A program made the translations under genes and the position numbers. Source: Schmidtea nova (taxonomy: Eukaryota). Taken from it: a stretch of DNA of 64,000 nt. The stretch covers positions 254,448,001 through 254,512,000 of the forward strand of contig CM097882.1 of NCBI GenBank assembly GCA_044892505.1, written 5' to 3'. Under the pieces are notes generated by a model. The model saw nothing but the letters and a program-made list of their open reading frames with translations, searched no databases and was not told the origin of the DNA. Shown one piece after another: positions 41,561 through 55,058 of the stretch; position 1 is the first letter of the stretch; each line of letters opens with the position of its first letter.

Positions 41561-43475
41561 TAAAATATAGTTCCGATGGTTCATTAATAATATAATTATG
41601 CCCAACTCACAAGTGGATTTAACTAAGCAGTGAATTCTTTTAAAATCATAGTTAAACTTCTTAAGTATTATGCAGCCATTGGAACTATATTACACCTTAA
41701 AATGCGTGCGCTTCACGTTTTTCATTTGAAATTTCACAAACGTTTTCATAGTTTTTAAAATCTTACAATCATAAGCCCTCATAATTTTCTGTGTGGGCGA
41801 AGGACAAATTATTTTCTCCTTTTAGTCCATTTTAAAAATGTGGTACATTAAAAAGTTTTTTTATTTATTTAATTTCTGCTTTTTAGTCTTCTGTGAGTGA
41901 AAATATTTTATTATTATACATTTTGTCATTTTCATTACTTTTCCAACCGTGTTTTATGGGAGGGCCCCGAACCTTTGGTCCGAACCTGGAGCAAACTGTT
42001 GGGTTCTGAGCAATGTTCAAAATTTCAAGACTCTAACTCATTGGGAAGTTTATTAAAAATCGATTGCAAAATTTGTACCGCACATACAATAATACAAGAA
42101 AAGCAAGTTAATAAAAACGTGGTAAAATAACCTATAATAAATGTGTGTGTAATATCCAAAACTGATATTTAATTATATCATTGACATTAGATTATAGTTT
42201 ATACTATACACTGTTTTCATAAAGTAGAAGTTAATAGTAAAATGGTTTCAAGGTAAATTAATTTATAAAAGGTAAATTAATTTATAAAAAATTAATTTAT
42301 AAAAATATTTTTAAAGATTATATTTTTATTTTATATTATGAGATCACTATGTAACAAGGATGTTCAAACTGTGTCTCTTTGACATTATTTGTGGCTCAAT
42401 AGTTTAGTAAGTTATAACTAAAATTTTAATATGTAAATGAAATTTTAAGAATTTTTTTAACAACGCCGGCGTTAATGTAGGTAAAAATAAAATTTTCATA
42501 AATAATTTTAAATAAATATTTAAAAAAATGAGTTTACTCATTAATTAATTATGATAAAAAAAATTAATTTAAGTTTACATTGAAAATCTTACGGCTCTAC
42601 AGTGTTATACGATTTTCAAACATGGTTCCCCATCTATAAAGCCTTGAGCCCCCCCTGCTATATAAGATTTGAATGATTATCTATGTTCTACAATTTTATT
42701 TTTAATTACTTTGTAAGTAATTATGATATTTTAATGTTTTAAGTAAATTAAAATCATTTTAAACTAAGATTTATCTCTGAAATATTTATTTGAATATTAT
42801 AAAAAATCTTCCAAAATGAAAATATTTTTTCGCTATTTTACATGGCATTAATTATTCTGATTTGTTCGATATAGGAAAATTCATCATAATATTGTATTTT
42901 CAGAATTTAAATTAATTAAAAATTATGAATTATGAATTTTAAGTTTAATTTTAGATTTCAAATAATCCCAAATTTTATTGTCCTACTTGACCCGAGACGT
43001 ATGAAATATCTAAATTGCTATGTCAATATGTTTAATTTTTCATAAATTGAAAATAATTTGACTATATTATCTATTCGGTTTTTAAAAGCGGGAAAATTTT
43101 AGCAAATCAAAATTCAGAAGTATGAAATTTTAAATTAATATACATTAAAAATAAATCTAACGAAATCCCCTAAGAAATATTCTAAATTTATATACACAAC
43201 CTTGTTTTAAAAATAAATTAAATAATTATAGAACTTTTGATCACGAAAAAGATGTTGAGTTTTAAAGTTTGCATGTATTATTCATTGTATGTTGTGTGCG
43301 TATTATTTATTTTTTCTTTCGCTTTGTCTATTAGATAAAAACTTTTATTGTATGAAAAGTCAAAATTTATCACCCACGTAAATTTTTATTTATGTTGGTA
43401 CTTTAGCAGGATCTATTTATATGGTAACAATACAATCGCAATCAACATTGGTAATGTAACTATTGGGTGAGTAAG

Positions 43476-46398
43476 CAGTGGCGTACCTAGAACCTTTTCA
43501 GCCCGGACGGTCTTAAATTTGCAGCCCTTTCTAAGTCAATCAAATGGTGGTTTGTATAAATTAATAAACATAAACAAACATTAGGTGGGGAACTTTTTTA
43601 TCATTGAATGCTACATTTAAATTAGGCAATAATAATGGAGACCGCATTAGTTGATATGCTTACAGATGCAACTTTTATAAAAAACAAAATACTTTTTTAA
43701 AGGCCACAAGAAACTTACAGAGGCCACTTATGAAACAAAAAATATACCTAATTTACAAAAAAATTGAATTAATTTTTTAAATTTTATATTTATAAATAAA
43801 TAAATTTCAATTTCTTTTGGATAAACAATCAAATTGTACATATATTTGTATGAAAACATATTTAGAAATTTACTCTTCTAATTTTCATAGTAGAAAAATC
43901 GTGTATAATGCTCTCAAAATTTATATTATTTGTAATTTCTTGTTCTATGGACAATATTGCAAGATTTTGTAGTCTTAAATCACTCATTGTTGAACGAAGA
44001 TACTTTTTAATCAACTTCAATTTTGAGAAGCTCCTTTTGCAACTAGCGACACTGATGGCAATTGTTAAAAAATTCTTAACAAAATTACTATGTTGGGTAC
44101 AGGATTTTCCAATCTATAATATTGAATAAACTTAAGTAGATCAAGAGGGCCTCCATCTTAATTTTCCGAAAATTTTACCTGTTCCTTCAGTTCTGGTACA
44201 GCCATAAAAACATGGATCTTTTTTCTTTCAATATAAAACTGTTCTTTATCAATATCAATAAAATCATTTATTTGGCATTCAAATTCTTCATTTAGTAGGT
44301 TGCATGGTATTATACACGAATATTTTCTTGCAAGAACATGCAACTGATCAAAGCGTTCTTTTATTTATTTTATAATTCTATCCATAGATAAAAACATTTC
44401 TCTTCGTACTTCTTGTTCTAAGGATAGCCCCACGTCTTGCGAATTTTCCCCACTCATATATTTTCCCTTCTAACTCGACGCTCAGTCGATATCTCCAACT
44501 CTTCATAAATCGCTTTGGCTGCTATAATAGCATTTTGTATTAGTGCATCTCTTTGTTCCATGAAACGAATTTGCAAAGAATTTAGTTTTATATGGCATTG
44601 ATGGACATTTAACCCTTTTATTTTCAAGTATTTTGGCGCGTCATTAATTTCCAAAAGAACGGGTTCCCATAAATAGAGATAACATAGAAAACAAAAAGAT
44701 TTCATTGAATTTAGTAATATTCCAGCATTTGATCTCGTCTTACCATTTTCTTCTTCAGATGTTAAATTTTCCAAAGCGCCTAAAATGTAAAAATAATGTT
44801 TTTTTACTATAGTTACTGCTTCTGCTCTAGCACTCCAGCGAGTTTCTACACTGCGTTTAACACCTTGAAGAGTGACAGAAAGTAAAATGACTCATCGATT
44901 TGTGGAAGAAGAAAGAAACGAAAATAACTATTCGAAAGTTCCAAAAAATGTTATGGAATCGATAGCAGTAGAAGCTGCGTGACAACATGCCAAGTTTAAA
45001 GAATGATTTGTATATGCCACAAATTCTGCATTTGGATTTATTTCTCTAATACGAGCTTGAACACCACAGTGTTTTTCTGCCATGACGGCAGCATTATTGT
45101 AAGCCTGTATTCTGTAATCTTTTATATATAAACCGTCATTTTCTAATTTTGTTAAAATCATATTTGTGATTTTCTCAGCAGTTTTCCCTTTAGTTTCTAC
45201 AAAGTCAATAAACAATTCTAAAACTTTAACTTCGCTGCCATCAATAACTACATATCTAATAATTTGACTAGTTTGATCTTTGTGAGAAATATCTGGGGTA
45301 CAGTCAAATATCATACAAAAGTATTTTACTTGCTTTATTTGATCCATAATTGATTTTCTCACCGCGCTTCCCAATAGCTCTATGAATTCGTTCTGAATCT
45401 TTGGCGACAAATAAGAAATACTATATTTATTACCCATCCTAAATTTTACTACATGTTCACGTAATACTGGATCGCACTTAGCCAACAAGTTAACAAGCTC
45501 TAGAAAATCTGCTCTATTTTTCATTGAACTGATATCTTCTTGATGAACACTTTCACGATGACCTCGAAACGCCAAATTTTGTTTTGCTAAGAATTTAATT
45601 ATATCAAGTATTCTTGTAAGAATTTCCTTCCAATTTTTGATTTCCTTATCAATATTCTGTTGTTGTAGATTATCCAAAGTTGCACCATGTCTAAATCTTA
45701 TTTCTAATTCTTTCCAGTAGAAAAATGATTGAATGTGCAGTGGACTCAACTCGTGTTGACTTATTTTGGGATTAAGTTTCCACCATTTGTTAAAATCATT
45801 TTCTAAGTTAAAACTTGATTGACAAAGATCGTCAAATAGTTAACAACAGAAAACAATAAATACTTTCCTTCGATGGTGAATACACCATCTATGACCTTAA
45901 CAACTTTTCACCATTAGGCAAAATTTGAAAAAACCAGTCGCGATTAATTTTTCTTGTTTCACTTTTGACTTTGATAGTATTACCATGACGTTTTACACCT
46001 TCACTGAAATTTGCATCTAAATTTTGAATTGCAAACGGACTTTGACGTACCACGAATACTCTTGTAATGTCGTCAATTTTGTTATGCCATAATCCAACAT
46101 CTTTCATAGAAATAGACGGAATAATTTGTGCAGCAGACTCTTCATCAGAACTTGATGAACTTTTTACTTCTTCTCCAGAATGTAAGGCAGGTCTTTCTGC
46201 TTCAACAACATTGGAAGAAGTTTTCTCTCTTTCGAGGACTGCTACTTCACCAGTACTTGAGGCAACAATATTAAAAGAACTAAAAGTTGATTCACGGCAG
46301 ATGTATTTGAGTAGTGCTCCAGTATTCTTATTCTGTATTTCCTAACTTGCCTTCTTTTTCTTTCTAAATGAAGCTCCGCTTTCTTTTATTCGTTTCAT
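43476..46398 (-). mobile_element. hAT transposon (ZMYM1/TTF-type transposase pseudogene, 43862-46398)
   Basis: End CAGTGGCGTA at 43476. Motifs MKRIKESGASFRKKKK, YCFCC, KQNLAFRGH, FDCTPDISHKDQ, NHSLNL, and C-terminal dimerisation motif SCKRSFSKLKLIKKYLRSTM. Stops and frameshifts; other TIR not found. Confidence 0.93.
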
Positions 46399-46829
46399 CC
46401 TACGCATCATCCTACGCATATGTTCGGTGTTTGGGTAATATTTGTTTGGTTTCGTTGGTTCGATGCCATTGCTTTTATTTATTGTGTTGCTTGTTGATGT
46501 AGACAAAAAGAGTGTATATGAAGGATATAGCCTATTGTGTTTGGCTAACAGAGACGTTAATCTTTATACCTCTATATTAGGTATGCTGAAAGATTTAACG
46601 TTTGCAGAACACAAGAATTTGTTGAATTTTGTTGTGTTATGTTTGCCTTCTGACACCACTTTGATATGTTCGTCAATAAATGGGTTTGTTAGTTTTGTAT
46701 GTGTTAAGATATTGACGAGCCCGAGAGAGTCTTCCAAAAACAAATTTTATTTAATATTAGAAAAATAACAAATCAACGATTACTTTAATTTGTTGGATAA
46801 TAATTTGTCCGAATTAATTCAGTAATAAT

Positions 46830-46980
46830 TCTTCTTTTAATAACTACTTTTAATAACTTCTTTTAATAGCTTCTTTTAATAACTTCTTTTAATAGCTTCT
46901 TTTAATAACTTTTTTAATAGCTTCTTTTAATAGCTTCTTTTAATAGCGTCTTTTAATAACGTCTTTTAATAATTTCTTAT
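46830..46980. repeat. 13-bp minisatellite CTTCTTTTAATA(A/G)
   Basis: Directly visible, about ten copies. Confidence 0.85.
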
Positions 46981-47472
46981 AATTTCATAAATATTTTCAT
47001 TTAAATAATCAATTTTTTTTGTAATTTGGCTTACTACAGCAATTTACTATAGCAAGCTAAATTCAAATTTATAATTAAAATTAAACTACAATTACAATTA
47101 CGATCAAATTATAATTACCATTACAACTAAAATCACTATTACAATCCTAATCACAACTATAATCATAATCATAATCAAATACACAATTAAAATCACAACC
47201 ACAATTCACACAAATAATTGGGGGGGGGGTTTNNNNNNNNNNNNNNNNNNNNNNNNNNNNNNNNNNNNNNNNNNNNNNNNNNNNNNNNNNNNNNNNNNNN
47301 NNNNNNNNNNNNNNNNNNNNNNNNNNNNNNNNNNNNNNNNNNNNNNNNNNNNNNNNNNNNNNNNNNNNNNNNNNNNNNNNNNNNNNNNNNNNNNNNNNNN
47401 NNNNNNNNNNNNNNNNNNNNNNNNNNNNNNNNNNNNNNNNNNNNNNNNNNNNNNNNNNNNNNNNNNNNNNNN

Positions 47473-47736
47473 TTCCTGTACAGTACACTAAGTAATGCAT
47501 TGAAAAATGGGAAACTATGATGACGTATTTATTTTGGATTTGGTTTTGAAAGTATTTTGAATACGATTACTATTTGGAATATTATCAATAAGTAATTTTT
47601 TAGATGGTGTATAACTGGTTTTTAAAACTGGTTTCTTTGTTTTCTTTGTAAATGGTTTCTTTAAAACTAGTTTCTTTCCCGGTTTCTTCATTTTTCTAGC
47701 CTTTATCAAGCGCGAACGTTTTACTCGAGATTTCAT
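47473..47736 (-). pseudogene. Decayed homologue of the Polinton basic core protein
   Basis: MKSRVK...LIKAR.KK.GKK and FPFFNALL match ORF 59241-59765; truncated by the gap. Confidence 0.85.
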
Positions 47737-47762
47737 TTACATGATTGATAATATACATTTAA

Positions 47763-48386
47763 TTAACTTTGTTTATAAACCATGGTTCTTTCTTTTATTG
47801 AAAATAAATGTTCTAACTCTTAAATCATCACTATATTGTTGTGTGAAATCAAGGAAAAGATATCCACGAAGAGCTTTTGTAGCCTCTTCAAACGCATCAA
47901 TCAAGAAATTCCGATTAGAAGGGTATGCTTGTCTTGCAAGAAAATCAATAACTGTTGCATCTCAAGTATTTTTAAAAACAACAAGATATTAAACATTTAA
48001 ATTTATGGTTCGATGACTGCCACCCTGATGAAATAAATTCTGAGTAATAAAAATAACTGTAACTCCTTTGTGTTTAGCAATGTTTGTAAATAAATTATTA
48101 AAGTTCTTTTCTTTGTTTGCTTCTTGATACAAGACATCAATAATAATCACATCCCCTTCTCTTAATCTAGATGACCAGTTTTTATCGAAACCTTTTTATG
48201 ATTGTCATTTTTATTTTATAAAATTGATCGAGTCATTTCATGTTCATCATCAACACCCTTATGCTAATAAATTTTATTAAACTTTGACTTGAATAATTTT
48301 GATTGTAATAATTTACAAACAAATAATGTTTTTCCACTGCCGCTCGGTCCAACAATTTGAAACACTGCATCATTTCTCAATTACAT
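47763..48386 (-). pseudogene. Polinton packaging ATPase pseudogene
   Basis: Collinear homologue of 58597-59220 (LRNDAVFQIVGPSGSGKT, IIDDLYQEANKEK, HQGG); premature stop at codon 2 and indels. Confidence 0.93.
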
Positions 48387-48477
48387 ATGTCAAATTTTCT
48401 TAATTTATTATTATTGTTTATATTTGTTTTAAATAATAGTTGTTTTTATTATTGTCATATTTAAAAATTTTTCATTA

Positions 48478-48945
48478 ATGATTAGCAACATAAATTATAA
48501 GGGTAAGACTGATATATCCCACTTGAATTTTCCAAATGGGAAATCACAGTAAATGGTGGATAGAAGTGGTAAATATCTGATAATATATTTTAAAACAGGT
48601 AGATTTAGAATTATGGGATACAAGGAATTTATTAGCGGTGAAAAAGTAAAGATTTATGATTTAACAATCCAATCAATTACTGTAATGGTAAACTTAGGAT
48701 TTAGTTGTTATTTAAATGATTTGGCTAAATTAATAGAATGTGTTTACGAGCCAGAAATATTTCCAGCTTTGAGATATATAAAATATAATCCCATGTGTGT
48801 TTGCAAGCGGTAAAGTAGTTATATTAGGTTTAAAAACTAGGTACTATTTAAATATAGTTGATAATATTATTACCGATATAAAATCAATTTTTGAAGATAG
48901 AGTTTTTAGATTTCAACATGTGATATAGATATTAACATGTGACTG
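48478..48945 (+). pseudogene. TBP-like gene of the decayed Polinton copy
   Basis: Collinear homologue of 58036-58503 (YEPEIFPALRY); one nonsense codon and an 8-nt deletion near 48799. Confidence 0.9.
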
Positions 48946-50739
48946 NNNNNNNNNNNNNNNNNNNNNNNNNNNNNNNNNNNNNNNNNNNNNNNNNNNNNNN
49001 NNNNNNNNNNNNNNNNNNNNNNNNNNNNNNNNNNNNNNNNNNNNNNNNNNNNNNNNNNNNNNNNNNNNNNNNNNNCATTACTTTTGAAAAATGGAGCCAA
49101 TCATTTTCAATAATTGATGACCTTATGACTTCGACTGATAAATTCAATATCGCTATTCTTTTAAAATTATTCGAATCTTTCAATAATAAATTAATTATTA
49201 GTTTCATAGACTCATTCGGATATGATAAATCCATGATGAAATTATCCAGTTTTATTATGACTCTTAATGATATTGATCCTACTGAATTGTTGAGCTTGAT
49301 ATTAAAATCACAAAAGTAACAAGAAATAATAGTAAAAGCAAAGAAATATCAAAATAAGTAAAAGTGCAAAAATTAATTAAAATTTATCAAAAATTTAAAA
49401 TTAATATTCATTGGGGGAAATGGGTATGGTTGAAAGCCAAATCAAAACACAGACCCAAAAATAATAATTGAAATTTAGTCAGGGGTCCCCAGAGAAAGTT
49501 ATATAGTAACAACAAAATAATTAAGATTAATTAATCGCCTAATGGGAAGCCCGAGGCAATGGGAAACCCGAGCGATGAAAGAAACCCGGGAGCAGTAGAG
49601 ACCCGTGAGATCAAAGGTGGGAGATTGCACAGGGCAATTAGGGAGGATCCACCCAAGCGCAAACATAATAATTTGTTGATTGATCAATTTAGCCAGAGAT
49701 TGGGTAACTTTTCGGTTTTTGATTAAATTTAATTTCCATTAGCGATATGTGTAAAAGGCAGTGCAAAATAAAGGATGAGCGCTAGTAACTGAGAGATTAA
49801 CTAAAAGAAATTTATTAAAATTTATTAAAATTAACTAAGAGAGAAACAAGAAAGAACTTGCGGAATTCGGAAAAGACAATAAACGAAGTGAGAAAAGATT
49901 TTTGTAACCATTCTAAAGCGAGGATCAAATCTGAACAAGAAAGAAAGTGCAAATTGCTGAAAGTGTAAATTATATTGAAGAAACAAGTTGAGTTAAAAAA
50001 TAATTTGTATTTGTGGTGGTACTCAAATAAATAGTTGTGTTAGGTTTTATTGATTTTCGATTACTAAAGGACACGATAAGTCAGGTCTTTGAACCGATCT
50101 GAAACAAAGTAAAATAGCCCAACAGAATTCAATATGAACCCCATTTTCTGGTCATGTATGAATTTTTCAACTTTTATTTTATTTTTCTACCAAACTTTAA
50201 ACAGATAGTTGATGTATTTTACTTGAAATCATGACACGGACTTTCACTGTGTCTTAAAAACCAAATGACAATTTTCTATAAGTTGATGTTTTTTAAAATA
50301 CATAGAAAAGAGTGTCTATGATTTATTCTAGCCTATATCAAAAAATCTCCAAACAAAATCTCCTAGATAATATTTCATATACACTTTGAAAACATCTCTT
50401 GGGATGATGCTCAAATGATTACATAACAGTAACTGTCTTTTCTAATGATTTACGAAAAAGGGTACTGTTTTTAATACTGCGTATAATACTTTAAAATCCC
50501 AATGTTTTTAAATAAATATACTGACAGATTTTATGATTTACTAGCCTATATTTTGTTTGTACGTGATTATTTTTACTTTGAAATGAAAATTGACAATAGT
50601 ATATAATATAAAAAGTATTTTGAAAATGACCGAATTTCCATATAACTGGTTGATAATGACAGATTTTATCAATAGCTGTCTTTTTTACTACTTCGAAAAT
50701 TCATATTGCCAAATGACTGTATACTAATGTAACCTTAGA

Positions 50740-51420
50740 AGCAGAGCCTTTATAACAGAACCTTGCTAGCAGAACCCAATTTATGATGGTTTTTAAGCTT
50801 AAAGGCTTCTCACTATAAAATATTTCTATTGACAAATATACTTACATTGCAAACATTTAATTAAATTTTCGAAAATAATTAAAAACTTTTGAATAAATAT
50901 AACATTTCAAATAATATTATTAATATTAATAGCAAAAATGCAATTCAGGTTCAATTCGAGTGCAATACATGTGCAATACTAACAAAGACATACTCTCACA
51001 TCAATAATATTAATAAAATAATAATAAACTAACAAAAATGCTATTCAAATGTAATCCAAGTAAAATACATGTGCATGAATAACAAAAACACACTGTCATT
51101 TACTATAAAAAATATAATATTTACAAAATAATAATAAGATATTAAAAACTCAGCACAAGTGCAATACATGTGCATGAATAACAAAAATATACACGAGATA
51201 AAAGAAAACGCAGGTTCAATCAGATAAAAAGAAAATGCACATTCAAGTAGATAAAAAGAAAATGCACATTTAAGTAGATAAAAAGAAAATGCACATTCAA
51301 GTAGATAAAAAGAAAATGCACATTCAAGTAGATAAAAAGAAAACGCAAGAGAAGATGGAGTCAAACATGTTAATGAAATGCAGCATCCAGCAACAATCTA
51401 TTTTATGCTGCTTGCATTTA
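50740..51420 (-). mobile_element. Probable distal remnant of the inverted decayed Polinton, including a 27-bp tandem repeat (~51215-51345)
   Basis: Contains the GTTCTG/AAAACCATCA block and TGCAATACATGTGCAATACTAACAAAGAC motifs in the same relative arrangement as the reverse complement of 55530-55700. Confidence 0.6.
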
Positions 51421-51489
51421 TTTAAATTCAAATTCTGAAAGTCTCTCTTGTTATTAAAACAACTGTTTATAAAATGTAGATATTTTTAA

Positions 51490-51542
<53 letters not shown>

Positions 51543-51586
51543 ATATTTTTAATTTAATTATATATAAGTTATACATCTTAAAATTA

Positions 51587-51642
<56 letters not shown>

Positions 51643-52589
51643 CGAAGGCACTACAGACATATACATAATTTAGTAGAATTAAAAATAAATATTTAGAAAA
51701 TAAATTATAAAACTAAATTTACCTGAAAACAAATAAATCATTCATTTATTAAAATAAATAATTTAAATATTAAAATAAATGTACAAATTAAAATCTACAT
51801 ATTTTTATTTAATGAACAGAATGTGTAGACTTTACAAAAAAATTGTATAATTAGACCCTGAAAAAACATAATTTAACCATTATTTTTGCGGACAGAAATT
51901 TGTAAACCAGTTTACCAGCCAGCATCGATATTGTATTTAGCGATTCAAACGGAACAATTTTTACAAGTATGTTTTATGCTTTTTTGTAAATAGTAATTGG
52001 ACGTTTTTTGTTATGTTTAATAAATATTGAAACACGATTGTGTTTTTGCTCTGTTTCAATTTGATTGTCTCCATTAAACTGATTTAGAAGAAGCTCTGTT
52101 GGCCCACTGGCCACGAGTTCTCTATTAAATGGAGGATCTTGAACAGAACAGCTGGATTAAGTCATCTGACCATCTCTTGTTAGATTACAAATAGATCTAC
52201 TAGTGTAAAGGAGAATTAAGGGGTGTAATTGGAATGTGAATCAGGAGAAATTGACGAGGTGTTATTCAGATATTTTTTGGAAATAAATAGGCATAGATGT
52301 TAAATGTCATTAAATGGCGTTATAGGAACTTAGGAGTTGATGATTTTAAGTGGACCTTTTAAAGTGAAGATTAATTATGAGCATAAGAGCTTCTATCGAC
52401 AGAAGTGATCCGTAAGAAAGAATGCGATGAGTAGTTTTGTAAAGGAAGCTCACCTGCTCATTGAATTCTGACACCGACGTGTAAATTACCAACATAGATT
52501 ACTAAGGGTAGCTATGGATACACAAGTAAGAGATTTTTAACTTTTTCATGTTCGTAATCCCTAGCAACAATAATTTTTAACAATCCATA

Positions 52590-53483
52590 TGTTACGGTAA
52601 ATGTACATTACCAGGTAAATGTATATATTTACCAGTAAATGTATACATTAACTGCAAGATTTGGCAAATGTACATATAACATACATTTACCGATTATTTA
52701 GTAATCATATATACTTTTACCTAGAGGTAATGGTAAAAGTGTAAAGGAATAAAGTTAATTATTCGAGTTTAAATCATTTTTTAAGGTTATGTTTATTATA
52801 CCAAAACCAAAATTTCTTAATAATTGTTTTAAGGTTATGTTTATTATTTTATGTTTATGTTTTTAAGCGTAAATTAAAACTCAACAAATTTTCTAGGTGC
52901 ATTATTAAACAGCAATTATTGTAAATATTACAATTTTAAGTAAGTTTTATTATAGTTCATGATTTACGTAATAATTTTATAAACCTCAATACTAAACCTC
53001 AATATTGCAGAAATGAATCAACGAGAAGAATTTAACAAACAGTTAAATCAGATAATCGCGAGTAAAAATAAAAATAATGTTTATATGAGTAAGAAAATAT
53101 ATGAACAAATCTTAAAGGAAGTGGTAAATGCTAAACAAAAAGAACATTTCAAAACACCACTCGACTATCGGCGTCTACAACGCTATGATATTTTAAATAT
53201 GGGCAAAGAAAAACGTTTAATTTTCCCAGTTGGTAACAGCAATGGAGACACAAGCGTCAAATATTTTGTTACAACAGAAGAACTATTTGATTTAATACAC
53301 AATGCTCATGAAAGTATCGGACATGGTGGGCGCAATAGGCTCATAAAAGAGTTAAGTAATAAATACAAAAATGTCACAACTGAGGCAATAATGTTGTATT
53401 TAAGTTTATGTACAGCTTGCCAACAAAAATCAAAAGGTAAAAAAAAGGGCATAGTAATAAAACCAATAATTTCTAATGAATTG
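52590..53483 (+). mobile_element. Ginger2/TDD-like transposon left part, interrupted by the Polinton
   Basis: TGT start with GGTAAATGTA subterminal repeats. ORF 53013 has HESIGHGGRNR...CTACQ (integrase HHCC, KRBA2/SCAND3-like) and is cut at KPIISNEL, just before the expected catalytic core. Confidence 0.75.
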
Positions 53484-53519
53484 AGTAGGTAGATGTGTGG
53501 AGCCGGGAACAAAGACATT

Positions 53520-53772
53520 ATGACTCATGCGTGGGCGGAAAAAAAGAACAAAGACCCCCCCTCCCCGGGGGGGGGTAGAATTTTTTTTGATGAGTCATCG
53601 ATGAGTCATCGATGAGTCATATTTTTTTTGATGAGTCATAAATTTTTTTTCAAATTTTTTTTTCGCGCCAAAAATTTTTTTTCAAATTTTTTTTTCGCGC
53701 CAAAAATTTTTTTTCGAATTTTTTTTCGCGCCAAAAATTTTTTTTTTTTCAAATTTTTTTTTTCGCGCCAGA
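53520..53772 (+). promoter_or_regulatory. TIR motif array: 5 AP-1 consensus palindromes and 4 E2F consensus sites
   Basis: ATGA(G/C)TCAT at 53520, 53590, 53601, 53612, 53631; TTTCGCGCCA(AA) at 53661, 53693, 53724, 53761. Function is inferred. Confidence 0.65.
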
Positions 53773-55058
53773 AATTTATTTTTTTTAGACAAATTTTTTT
53801 CAACAAATTTTTTAAGACAATTTTTATTTTAAGTCAAATTTTTTTTTCGACAAAATTTTTTTAACACAAATTTTTATTAGACAAAATTTTTTAACACAAA
53901 TTTTTTTAAGACAAATTTTTTTTTAACACAAATTTTTGAAGACAATATTTTTTTTTTAAGTCAAATTTTTTAAAACCAATTTTTTTTTACAAAAATTTTT
54001 TTATTTAGGACAAATTTTTTATAACACAAAATTAGAGTCATCAAAAATATTTGCAACAGGTGTGCAAACTAAACAAAGACATTGTTGTATGTGTGCATGT
54101 TGAATTAATTATTTGTCAAGTATGAAGCTTTTGCACATCAAAACCATCACAGAAGAGGTTCTGCTTCCAGGGTTCTGATCGCAATGTTCTGCTACTAATG
54201 TTTTTATTTATTCATTTAATTATTATTATTATCTTTCAAACTAAAAAAAGACTTTGCAACACGTGTGCAAGTTAACAAAGACATTGCAACACACGTGCAA
54301 GGACTTTGCAACACGCGTGCAACATGAACAAAGACATTGCAACATGCATGCAAACTAAACAAAGACATTGCAATACACATGCAACAATTTGAAATACATG
54401 TGCAACATAAACAAAGACATTAAAAAGCCAAAATTTATTTATAAATATGTCGTTGTGTACGTGTACAAAATTTAGTTTCAAAATTATTTACATCTGAATT
54501 ATTACTCGGAATATTATTCATAGGAATATTATTCATTGTAATATTATTCATCGGAATACTAGTATTTTTCGGAATATTATTCTTTGGAATATTTGACATC
54601 TTCTCCAACCGTATGGATGCCGATAACATCATTATAATTATTAATATAAATAAACTTATATAATGTAATACAATTTATGTTTTTTCGTTTTCAACTGTTT
54701 GATTTTGGTATCTGACTTCATATTCTTTTTTAACAAAGGTTTGATTGATACATTTTAATCGTTCAACTATTTTAATCATTATTTTGTTAATCATTTTTTC
54801 AATATCATTATTAATCACATTATTTTTGGAAGGACATTGATTACATTATAATTTAATTTGACTGCATTCAATGTTTAACTCGCGCAAGTACTATCTTGTT
54901 TTCGAAACGGATGGGATGATTGACAATCTTCCAAAGCTTGTTCTCCTTCAGTATTGTGAATACATAATAATAAAATAAGTATATTTAATTTCATCTTAAA
55001 AACAAAAACTAATATAAAAACTAAATTTGTTCATACTAAAATATTTATTAAAAAACAA

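Noticed and set aside
375-53484. One giant 53-kb element bounded by the two TIR copies
   Set aside because: The TIRs face outward (CTACT closes at 375, AGTAG opens at 53484), the flanks differ (TATTAG vs GAATTG), and the interval contains a host gene. These are two separate insertions.
53628-53864. Phe-rich ORF in the TIR
   Set aside because: Poly-T/E2F repeat array read as codons.
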